From Saccostrea echinata (Eukaryota), in the NCBI RefSeq assembly GCF_033153115.1, contig NW_026889805.1, positions 7,874,001 through 7,938,000 of the forward strand: a DNA stretch of 64,000 nt, written 5' to 3'. The translations under genes were made by a program, and so were the position numbers. The notes below the pieces were generated by a model. It had not been told where the DNA came from, did not search any database, and worked only from the letters and a program-made list of their open reading frames with translations. Each line of letters begins with the position of its first letter. Position 1 is the stretch's first letter. This document shows positions 1 through 11,800 of the stretch, in pieces.

Positions 1-1353
1 ATTACAATATCTGTATAAAATACATATATTGTAAGCATAAAATACATATTCACATTTTTGTATAAAACACAAATATGTAATGTCTATTCGTATTGCACAC
101 ATTCATTCTAATTTGATTCCTTCGATATATACGTCCCCATCTCTCAATCTGTTCCACTGGCTAATCGCATTCTCGTTCAAGCCGCCCCTGCACCCCCTCC
201 TACACACACACACACACACACTACGTGCCTTCGAAAACAAGGTTCCTTGACAAATGTATTCATTTACACTAAAAATTCTAATTAATAGTACTTGGATGTT
301 TTCAAAAGCCCCCGGAAGCTCATGGAATTTAAGGGTTTTTAATCAGGACATTACCTTAGAATATTCTTTTTTTAACCACCGTAGATCTACTAAATATTAT
401 TTTTTAAAAATTGCCGAGTTTTGACAAAACTTACTGCTCCACAAAAAGCATTTCCTGTTATGAATAAAGCAATTGTCAAATAAACCTACATATTTATATT
501 CATGACAGTTAATATTGTTTTGAATTTTACTAAACAAAGTGGCCGCTATTATGGACAAAAGGAAAAACCAAAGAAAATGTAATAAACAGAAAATTCAATG
601 TTTTGGTAGTTGTTTTAGAATTTATTTCACAAGTAAGACAGTTTTTATTATCATAAATGCGAAATAGATTCTATGTACATGTATATCCAACTTCAAAAAT
701 TGAACATTTTCTATTTAAAATGCTATTACATCTAATTATTGATTCTTTTGAAATTATAGTGCTAGTACGACGCGCTAAATCTGTTTTTTTTTTAAATTAT
801 TAACTTAAAGGGAATTAATAAATAACATATTTTATGATTTGCTATAGTTTTGAATTGGCAATATTATGAAATTCGCCCTTGAAATTCTAAATCTAGTTTT
901 TTTTTTAAATTATAAACCCTATCTAATTTTGATCTATTACTGAACTTTCGACATCTTTTCTTTTCCATTTTTTTTTTTTTTTTTTTTTTTTTGTTTATTT
1001 TATTTAATCATTTTTGTGAAAAATCTGTGTATTCATTTGCGCTGTTGCATTGAGGGCGCTACGCTACTTACTTTCAAAACTTTCAGTACTTTGATTTTCT
1101 TTGAGAGAAAAGGGAGCAATAAGGTCTACCCACTCTCTTGTATGAGTACTCAAACGTTTACTTATTTAACATAAAGTATAATGGATGCACCGGGACTTTC
1201 TTATTGTATGGTGATAGTCACCGTGGTCTAACATCTCACCGACTGCACTATCGTCTAACTATTCGGGCTAATGTAATATGTTTCTTTAATAATTTTCTTA
1301 GTGATAAATCTAATTTTGACAAATCTTAAATTGAAACACATTTGTAAGCATAC

Positions 1354-1822
1354 CTTAAGATTTGCCACCGCATTGGAGGGGTTCGATAAGAATTCTTGTC
1401 TCGTTACAATCTCCATACCAGCAGCTTTAATACGCTTTACAAGATCTTCCTCTGTCTGAAAAAAGTATATAATTGCTGCAGTTTACTGTTTCTCCTCACT
1501 CTTCATAAGAAGTTATTTTGGCAGAAAATTTATGGAACAACTTTATGAACGTCTAATGAAAACTTATGAACTAATGAATTCTCGTGCATGGCAATAGAAC
1601 TTCTTACAGACGAAAATACTTCTTCCTTTTGTCGAATCGTGGCTATCCTACTCCACCCAAACTTCTGGAATATTTTGATTCTCGCCGGATTGTGTAGTGT
1701 GGCTGATGGATGTGTCCTGAAGAAACTTGGAAACCGTCGTCTGTCAGAGAGTGAAGGAGAGCTGGATCCGTAACCTAACTGTCAGAGATATATATAGAAT
1801 AGGGAAATTAGGAAACCCGGGA

Positions 1823-1903
<81 letters not shown>

Positions 1904-4900
1904 TAGAATAGAGAAATAAGGAAACTCGGGAAATATGAATAGGGAAATTAGGAAATCTGGGAAATTATATCCGAGTAAAAGAGAGTTGAACAACGTTATA
2001 CAATGCATAAAACCGGCGAATCAAATGAAACATCGTGTATATTTGGATTATTGTATAAACGATGTCCATCACTTCGCTTTCGTCTTGGTGTACAAGTCTA
2101 ATCACATTCACATAGGCACATTGTGGGCTTGAACGATTCCCTACATTATTGACGTGGTCATTGCAACCAAACAGAAATGCAGTTCCTAATTTCCTAATCT
2201 ACTATTCTCGTTATCTATTGCATGAATGGAGTAAAGTAGGGCTATTTGTGGTATTGTATATTTTCCGAAATTTGAACCCTCATAGAAAGAATAGAATTAA
2301 TGGTGGGGGAATTGAAATGTTTATGAAGATTTTGATGCCCCCCCTCCCCTGATTTATTTCAAACATATACCCCGACATTCTCTGCTTGAGCTAGGTTTGT
2401 ATAAGCTTTTAGTTTTTCCAACATATACATGTATAAGGCCACAGAGATTGCATTCAATTCCATAGACACCGTTTGAAAAGAAGATGGGGGTGTTTGGCGT
2501 GTGATCTGCAGGAATCATGTGTACGAAACATTTATAGTTTAAATGTCCACGATTTGGTTGGCTGACCACAGCTGGACAGGCTTTACAAAGCTACGCACAT
2601 AGGAAAATGTTATATTTAGTATGAAATAACATGTCAAATTGTAATATTTAGGTCCGCTTATCTTAATAATCAAACTTTAAGATAGTAATGCTTCACATAA
2701 ATAATAAACACCTACAAGATAATAAGGGTATAGTTAAATGCAATTACAAGTACATGTGTATATTAAAGTATTACATGTAGTAGGTTGGAAGAATTGCTTT
2801 CGCTCTTGATGCAACAGAACCAGAATATATCCATTTTAAAATAAATCAGGACAAAAATATTAAACTGACAAAAGAATTTATTGCTTTCATTAAAAAAATA
2901 TTAACGCTCCATGCGAGGATCGAACCAAAAAGTTTCCGACTCCATTTGCATTGAACGGGTGACGCATATTACTGAGCTATCACGGCTACACGTACAATTT
3001 GGCTTTTAAAACGACATTAAAGCACCGCATTTACACATTGGAATTTTTTCGGAAAAAGTTCATTTTTTATGGTCTCTGGGTATTCTCTCCATTTTTTACA
3101 AATGATTGTTTGTTTCTTTGAATTAAAATTCATACAAATTACGTTTGAAAATCATGGAGAGATGACCCAGAGATAGCAAATTTTTAGAAAAACGTGTTTA
3201 AAAATGTGACATTTTGTACCAAATGAATCATCTAGCCTATTTTCAAGTCATTTTTTAGCAAATCAAAATACAATTTCGGGAAAATATTTCCCTTTCCTAT
3301 TTCACAGGAACCCAAATGATCAAAAGAGTGCTAAAATTTCGTTTGATAGAGCAATGAAATTTTCATTTTCAAGTGCGCCCAGATTCCTGCCGAATGCCAA
3401 TCAAAAGCGCCCTCGTTCTTTACAACTCAGATCTCCCCAAGTTTTGGTATTAATTCTTTACAGGCGTCAAAAATTATTGACTGCTTACAATTTTACATAA
3501 AAGTACAACGGTAACAGAGGGTTCGATCCGTAACCTGGTGATCTGATGGGGAGTATCAAAGTAACGGCGAGTAGTTCTGTAGCATGTCTGTTAGTGCTAC
3601 ATTATCATCATACAACATGTACGAGTACTGTTGTCTTCATGTTTAATTTGCTTTGGACCGTCCCTTAATAAAAGCTTCTGTTTTTCTTATAGATTTTTAT
3701 GCTTTTTCCTCTCTTTCCTTTCCTTTGTTTTTGCTTCCTGTTTTTGAATCTGTTTTTTTACTGCCCTCAAGAGACTAATGACCAGATTATCGACACCCCA
3801 ATCCAAGTTAAAAAGTTCTGAAATGAAGACGCCTACAAATATATCACTATTAAAATCTCATTACAGTCGGAGGTTTGTAAGACAATCTACTCACAACAAT
3901 TATGTTCCACAGTTTGGCAGCTTGTGATATGAAGGTGGACACCACACTACAACCCGATAGAACCATCATCTTAGGAGGCTCAGAATACAGGAAATCGTAA
4001 AACAAACTTGTCCCAACACCTGGTTTACACTACAAAACAAGTCTTCCAACTCTGTCATGTACAAACATCATTACATTGCTTGCAAGGCAGATAAAGAATG
4101 ACATTTCCAGTTTTGTGAGAAAAGAATGTTCTAGATATTGATATAAAATCACGTGAGCAGCATTTCTATGAAATGTGAAGAGAACGAACAGTGACGATTC
4201 TCAGAAGTCCATTTAAACAATACATTTTATGAGCAGAGCCACATGAACCTCTAAAAACAGAGGTAGGAGCAGGTGCCTTAAAAGAGTAAGGGTCTTTTGT
4301 TTACCGGTTGCCGGAAAAATCTGTAGAAAATTCAGAGTGAAAATAGTGGCCTAACAATTTGTACGAAAGACGTCAGTCCACGCTTGATAAACAATAGTAC
4401 TTGCAAACAAGGTTATTGTACCGACCATAGAATTTGCAAAATGTTGACTTTAAAAGAGATTGTTGATGTCCATGTATTATCAACTTCTTTGTCAATAAGT
4501 TGCTTCGTTTTAGACATTGTTTGTACATAGAACATGCTCTTGCTTCAGGCCTGTAGGAAGCAATTTCAGTTTGGGGGGGAGGGGGGGGGGGCACAGCCAT
4601 ACATTTTCAGTTGAGGGGGCACTATCAACTACCAAAAATTCCTTGACAAACAAAAAAAAGGTGATCAGACGTATTTATTGAGGGGGCACAAGCATATAGT
4701 AGCTATGTTTTCTATAGATAGAACGTTCTATCGTTAAAATGATATTCTCCTACGGACCCGGTTTAACGATAGAATTCGTTCCGTGTATTGGCAATGTTGC
4801 AAAATAAACACGGGCGACAACTCGTACTCTGTGCATTTTCTATGAACAATCCAGAGAGTTCCGAATGTCAACATGGCGTTAAATTTGAAGCGAGGAAATG

Positions 4901-5885
4901 AGTTGAATTTTCGTATTTATATGGATTATTTTTTAGGTTAAAAGACATATACCATCTCAAAAAGGTTTTTTATGATTAATTTGGTAATTATTTTCAGTGC
5001 AACTCCTTTTGTATTCTTCAAAATCATTTCGGAGTGAATCCACTCCGATTTGCTACATTGCAAGTAGGCTATATGGGACGTATTCTAATTGTGGTGAGGG
5101 CTTGTCCCGAGACACAGTTAGATTATTCTAACTTTGTTTTCTATAGTTATTTATATATCGGCAAAATTATTGGGGGGGGGGGCACGCCCCCCCCCCACCC
5201 GGTTCCTATGGCCATGTGCTTATAGAATCGACGGGGAGACGCAGATGATAATGGCATATTGCTACATAAATAGGGGAAGTTGAAAGAAAAGTAGAAGTTA
5301 TCACGTTTATCATAATTTTTTGTTAGGTTGCCATCAATGTCTTGCTCTAGTAAAAATCCAAATATGAAAGAGATGATGTCTTTTATTTTGAGTTCAAATA
5401 ATATATCGAATCAACGTATAAATGGAATTGAATTGATAAAACGTCGTCGATGTGCAATGTATCTAAATGTCGAATTGAAGGCCACAGCAAATGAGTACAA
5501 AGAACATGTCTACTAATAACAGGGAACAATTTAGACAGATTGTTGGAAGACCTGATCTCCAAAAACTACATAGGCATAATGAGAAAGTCAAGCGTCTTTT
5601 TAATACAGAGTACTTATGTGTAGTTTGTAGATGACCAATGACAAGGTATCAATGTCTATGACCTACCTGACTATCGCTGACCTCCATATTAAGGTGATAT
5701 TCTGGTAGAATTCTTGGATCCCTGTTAACCCTTTCAAGAGCCATCTCTAGAGCCGGCTTACATGCCTTGCCCCCTGACCAGCTTCCGGTCATTGGTACAA
5801 GTACCCCTATAGTTAAGTTCTTAGACTTAAGTCCAAGTAGAGGCTTATAGAATCCAGTCAATATTGATAACAAAATTAAGAACAT
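1354..5885 (-). CDS. GABBR1: GABA-B receptor subunit 1-like class C GPCR, first four coding exons (signal peptide and Venus flytrap domain); gene continues beyond the left edge
   Basis: Exons 5885-5667 (MFLILLS...[29 protein letters not shown]...DSQ), 4029-3895 ([15 protein letters not shown]...[20 protein letters not shown]), 1778-1608 ([37 protein letters not shown]...EVFSS) and 1455-1354 ([34 protein letters not shown]). All junctions are GT-AG, phase 0, and colinear with GABA-B1 motifs. An in-frame TAA at 5952-5954 lies upstream of the ATG at 5885. Confidence 0.93.
1829..1900. repeat. (TA)n microsatellite, flanked by three ~30-bp AGAATAGGGAAATTAGGAAA-type units (1795-1966)
   Basis: Directly visible in the sequence. 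Confidence 0.95.
2354..2575 (-). mobile_element. Degenerate GIY-YIG endonuclease fragment, probably from a Penelope-like retroelement
   Basis: Translation [22 protein letters not shown] matches the GIY...CxxC...YVGxT signature. It is an isolated fragment within a GABBR1 intron. Confidence 0.6.
4140..5340 (-). mobile_element. Penelope-like retroelement 3' fragment, split by a MITE
   Basis: ARACSMYKQ...LLTKKL...[16 protein letters not shown] at 4373-4545 and [14 protein letters not shown] at ~5245-5285. Homologous to 15870-16690. Confidence 0.8.
4546..5216. mobile_element. Non-autonomous TIR element with G/C-run subterminal tracts and a 5-bp TSD; contains a nested repeat at ~4717-5145 related to 21601-21690
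   Basis: Ends CAGGCCTGTAGGAA...TTCCTATGGCCATG, with TGCTT duplicated on both sides. Relatives at 24640-27122 and 56878-57082. Confidence 0.8.
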
Positions 5886-6325
5886 TTCAATTTGCCACGG
5901 TTCGATCAAGAAGACACGCTTATCGGCGCCCAGGTTACTAGTAACTGTGCTTTAGGAAGCTTTCTTTCTTCCTTTTTTTAACATTCTCTTTGGAAAGAGG
6001 GCTTTTTTTTATCGATTGCACATCTCTGAGACCACTTTGGTTATTGACATCAATGTAATCTATGCTAAATTTGCAAGATTCCATGAAGTCTGGATGACAA
6101 TTTGAAGTACGATGATGCATTTGATGAGATATCGTGCTCGATCAAAATACCGAGAATTTCATTTCCGCCTCAAGTCAATCATGGCCAAACGTATAGTTCG
6201 AGAACAGAACCTTTTCAATAATGCTTTATACGATCAATGATCAGTTTAAACAACTGCGTTGTGGCGAAAGCATCTTCGCTAATTGTATTCCCCTGTAATA
6301 GGACTCAACACGCGGTAATTACATA

Positions 6326-7651
6326 CCGGTGTTGCAGAGGGATTTCCCCCATATCCAGCCCCTCCCCCCCCCCCCCCCCGGAATCTTTGCTCTAGAGTAG
6401 GATTTCTCCCAAGGAAAAATATCACTCTAGAGCCAGATTTCCACCTCTGTCTTTCTCAGAGTAGGATTTCCCCTCTCTTATCAATGCTTAAATCATATCA
6501 ACAATATTTTGGCTAAAAGTTATATAAAAGTCAACTGATTTTTTAATGGAAATACGAGTTTTTTCGACTCAAGAATTGTCGAATTTTTTATGAAATCTTA
6601 AAATATATAGTTCAAATCATTGAGTCTCAACCCAAAAATTTTAACTCGTAGGAAACTGTAAAATTAATCACTCAAAAATCAAAAAAAAAAAAATCGGAAG
6701 ACTCGATGTCTCGATCAACACCCCCTCCCTCGGCGCAGCGGTAGCTCTTTGTTCACGAATTCTAAAATGTACTAGTATATCAGGCCACCTTTAGTGATTT
6801 GATAATTCGTTTGCCCTCTAAAGGCCCAGCATTTCATCTATGGATCGATCCTTTTTACAAAGAGTGTATGAGAAAATTCTGTTTATGTTATTCATAGGTC
6901 CCACATGCCATTTTGTGAGTATTCTTCAAAGAGAATTTTTTTAAACAGGCAAAAAGAAAAAACAAAACAATAGAAGAAACAATGCTTTTGCAAGCTGAAC
7001 CATATGACCCTCGACCCCAGCGGTGTAATCTTGGATTTGAAAGCAGAGAGCAAATACTCTCCTAAAGTTTTGCATATAGTTTCATTTTTTTTTTTAAATA
7101 AATGAGCCATTTTTAGTTCCATGGCAAAGACAGCTATTTTTGGATTTTTAATTACCAGAATCTTAGAGAGACACTTCCACATCAACATTATGTACATGTA
7201 GTTTGAAACTGGAGAGAAAAAAAATCCATTTAAAGAAAATTCCTTTTTGTTTCTATGGATACAGTAAAAATTTCTCCAACCGATTACAATATTTTTTCAG
7301 AAACCAGTTTGACCTGATCAAAAGAATAAGATTTTAATGCTTCAAAAGAATTGGATGGATGGTTACTGAGAAAAATAAGATTTAAAATTTTCAGTGTTCA
7401 TACTTCATATGTTTCAATGGAACTCGTCGCCGTTCTGAAAAAGGGACACTTATAAAAATATGTTGCCCCCCATATATAAGTAAAGCCATGATATTTTATT
7501 GGGGGGGGGGGGGGGGGGAGATTGGCTCTGGGGGAAATCGCACTATGTAACTATTACATAGAGTAGGATTTCCCCCCGGAAAATTGAATCTATGTGGGAT
7601 TTCTATAGGGGAAATCCTACTCTAGAGTCATTTGCCTACTTTACAAGACCG
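6326..7651. mobile_element. Probable non-autonomous DNA transposon with subterminal AGAGTAGGATTTCCC repeats
   Basis: Imperfect ends CCGGTGTTGCA...TACAAGACCGG. GGATTTCCC/GGGAAATCC and CTCTAGAG motifs cluster at both ends. Confidence 0.5.
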
Positions 7652-8825
7652 GACTATTTGGCAAACCTCGGACGAGTCGCCTTAGATGAGGTACGAATTG
7701 GCCGAGGTGTGCCTGCCATCAACATGTGACTCGATAACTTTAGTACCTTTCAACCTACAGATTTCACACTTGCTACATAGAACTGGTGATTGATGGAGGA
7801 CAGCTACACTTTTTAGGTCACCATGTCAAAGGTCAAAATAGTTATCATTATTATCTGATTATCAATAAACATTTATGTGATCTGCGATATAACTCGTACA
7901 TATTTTATCCTATAGATTTCATAATATTAGTATGTAAAAATTGTGCGTGAAAGACCATGTAATTACTGGATTCACTTGGTCAAAGGAAAAGGTCAAAGCT
8001 CAAGTGTTTTAATATAACTATTGTGATACATGTAGTAACTTGGACATTTTGTAACCTACAATTCAGTTTAATTTCTAGAATGTAAGTGGAGAATGATCGA
8101 AGAATCATACATGTATACCGATTTTGGTGTTACTTGGTCAAAGATCAAGAATATTGATATGACCAAGGTGATGTAATAACTTTAACATTGACTTCATTTT
8201 CAATTTAAAGCGGAGAATGTGTTGGAAAAGACATCCGAAAATTTAGAATCACTCAGTCGAAGGAAAAGGTAAAAATCCTGGAATTTACCAGTGTTTGAGC
8301 TTACAGCAACTAAAGAGGGGGGGGGAGCATCTAAATGAAAATTTACCATAGCAAAATATTATACTCAATAAAAGTGGGGGAGCCAAAAATCAACTTGAAT
8401 GTCATATATCTTTGTGTTTATATAAGTGGTAAAAGAATATATAATAATTTGGGGTGCATAAAAGAGGGTTTCTTCTCCTTCAGAGATTTTAATTTCAGCG
8501 ATGGCAAACACCTACAACTAACATTTTTGTAAATACGCATGCACTTACTGATATCTTTTTCACACAGTATGGGTAGATGTCTGAGAATAAAAATATTTTG
8601 AGTTTTATTTAATGTATTTGCTTAAGAATTTGCAATTTTGTAAAACAATTTGATTCAAACATATGTTAAAAATTTTCTTTCATTATCAAAATTATTTCAA
8701 AAGATATATTGGTTTGAAATTTTGACTTACTTTTGTTCTCAGTACGGTCTTTAGCCAAGAACTAATCGTAACTAAATCCGACCTCTTTTGTGATCGGGCT
8801 CGTTATACTTAAACACAAGACCCAC

Positions 8826-11800
8826 ATGGTAAGGTTCGTTTCCGTTCTCACGGTAAACGGTTCCCTGAAGTTCCCACCGTTCTCACGGTTCTGGATTAAA
8901 GGATATTCTTTTTAGTTTCTATAGAATATATTCAGTGAGATGTCTGGAGATGAAAGGTATTTATACTCTCTTTTGTATTGTAATTTTCCAATCCTACACT
9001 GGATCACGAGACGTACATACTTGATCCAGATTGCATGTTTTGATTTTGCTCCCCCCTCCCCCAAAGCAAAGATGTGAATGTTAAGCAACAAAGAATTGAT
9101 ACGGAATAGGCTTAATGCTACGGAAACTATCTCTTGCTGAATGATGAGTGGATATTTCTTACCTTAGAGTGATGAAGAGCATGATCGAAACGTCTTTTGG
9201 GGCCCTGGGTCTTGCACTTTGTGAATAATGGATGAAATGTCCAGATAGCTCAACATCAAACTGAATGAGCATAGTAAAGGAATCGACATTAATGGTTGTC
9301 TGATTGCCCGGGGCATGTAAATATCTCAGTTTTGTAAGTTTCTCAGTGAAACTGTTCCCTCAACAGCATTTCTAGATTACACGTACTGCTCATTTAAAAA
9401 TTGGGTTCGTTATTCTGTTTTCTTTCATGTCTAACAATTTTGTTATCTACTTTTTAGGAAATATGATTATATATTACCGAGTAACACAACTGATCAAGAT
9501 ATGTATGTACTGTGGTTTCATCCTTATTTGTGGAACACATATTTTCGTGGATTTCATTGTTGAGTCGATCCACTAAATCAAATGTTCATTGAAGTTTGGT
9601 GCCTCAATATTGGTATATGATAAACCTTTGAAAAGCCTAATCCAACTTTTTCTAATATATGCTAAAAAAATGAAAAGGTGTCCTTTTTTTGGGGTAGGAC
9701 CATTATCCACAAATTTATGTACCCTTCATGTCCTGAAACTGTGATTTTAACCAAATCCACGAAAATTTATGCCCATGAATATTAATGGAACCACAGTATT
9801 TTGTTTTGTAGCAACTAGCAACCATCTTCCTTTAGCATTGCTTTATAATCATCTCTGAAAATCAAAATTTACAAAAGGATTCTACCGAAAATATTTTTAA
9901 AAAATATGATTTCTAAAGGAAACTGGAGGGAATATACCATATATATATGGCTATGTGAATTTACAGGGTAAATTGACAAGGAAAGTGGTATATACTTATC
10001 AATTTTCTGTACAAATATAACATCAACATTTTTTCTGGCAGTTCAACTTGCCAAATAGACAGTAATGAATCTGGTCACACTTTTTCTTGTCATAACATTT
10101 ACAGTTATTAATTAAGTTATTTTTTTCTTTCTTAATTTTGGGCAACCAAGTTTTGCATTCAGACAAGTCAAAGTTTGAGTTCACTTGCCCTTTGGGCAAA
10201 TAAATCTGAAAGTTAATGTTTATCCTGGAATACAAGTGTCCAAGATGACAGAATCAAGTTGAAACTTACATGGAAACTGTCTGAGATAGGGTAGATTCTA
10301 AATTGTTCAAATCATGGCCCCTGGGGGTAGGGTGAGGCCACAATAGGGAATCAACATATTTGCATTGAAATATACTGGAAAAATCTATAAATATCTTCTT
10401 CTCAAGAACCACTGGGCCAGAAATGGTGAAACTTATATGAATTTTTTCTGAGATAGTGTAGATTCTAAATTGTTCAAATCATGGCTCCCTTGGGTAGGAT
10501 GGGGCCACAATAAGTATTTCAATGGGGAAAATCTGGTGAAGAACAGCAGGGCCAAAGTTACTCTGGTGAGTGTTGTGGCCCATGGGCCTCTTGTTTCATT
10601 ATTATTTTGTCTGATTTAATGATTTGTTCTAAATCAGTAGTTAATGAATATGTGCAGATTCTGTTTACTATTTTTGTTGTTGTTGGTTATATAGTTTTCC
10701 AGGTACTGCAACATATGACAGGTCATACAGATCTCTGATTTTTTTCAAGGTGAAACGGTTGATATTACTCTTCATTTATTTTTTTTAGTAAGTGTGAACT
10801 ATGTGGTAAAGTTCAGTGGAAATACAAATGCCCTAGATGTGGTAGAAAAACCTGTTGTCTGGCCTGTGTGAAACAACATAAAGAAGAAACGGGGTGTAAT
10901 GGTGTCCGTGACAAGACGGCCTTCGTAAAGATGAAAGACATGAATGACATGCATCTTCTCAGTGGTATGATGTGCCTTTTATGTAATGAAAACATTTGAA
11001 AATAATTTCATTTGACTTGTTTTTCTTGTTAATCGTAATGTCAATGATTATTTAAATTTTACTTAGATTATCGTATGTTGGAGGACATAGATAGAGCTGT
11101 AGACAACCATAACAGAGACCCACTAAGGAGGCAGGGAGTTAACGGAGTTGTCAATAATGTAACCAACTGTTTTTTTCTCTTAAATATACTAATCGTACAT
11201 TACTCATGACATCATAAAGGTTATCTCACTTCATCCATCTATGTCATCATAGTATTCTATAAAATGTTTAAACATGGCTGATATTTACTTTAGAACATGC
11301 TTACAATGAATTCATGCTTATAGAGAAGTGATTTTAATTCCCTGTTGTTTTAAAACTTATCATTCTTATTGAATATAGCAAATTACACTTATTATGAATT
11401 CAAATTGTTGGTCCTTAAGTTAATACTTTGCTTTAAGTATATTTTACTGTATATTGTCAATACAGTTTTTTCTCATTTTCTATAATCAGCTTTTTGTACA
11501 TGTATGTACTTTACACCCCTCACTTTTAAAATTGACAGTTGATTCATATATTTTTGGCTCACAAATTGAATGTAATTGCTAAAGTTGTGAGAGAAAAATC
11601 ATGAAAAGATATATAAATCTCACCCTCAGTGATAGCATTTGCTGTCTAGGACTTGGCAAGCCATGTCTTACATGTAGATGGCAGAAAGGATCCCTTTTAA
11701 AGGGATTTATCTATGTTACACTTGTACATGTGAACAATTCTTATATTTTCATTATATTATCTTAGTTTGCTGCATCTTAAATCCATTTCAAATTTGTAAC

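Noticed and set aside
2905-2980. tRNA-like sequence on the minus strand
   Set aside because: Only degenerate A/B boxes with no cloverleaf; likely part of a repeat.
9165-9200. TGATGA...CGAAAC hammerhead ribozyme-like core
   Set aside because: The conserved C of CUGANGA is G here and stems I and III are not convincing; a C box explains it better.
10703-10749. Possible poison exon in ZNHIT6
   Set aside because: It would leave a 39-nt downstream intron, which is implausibly short.
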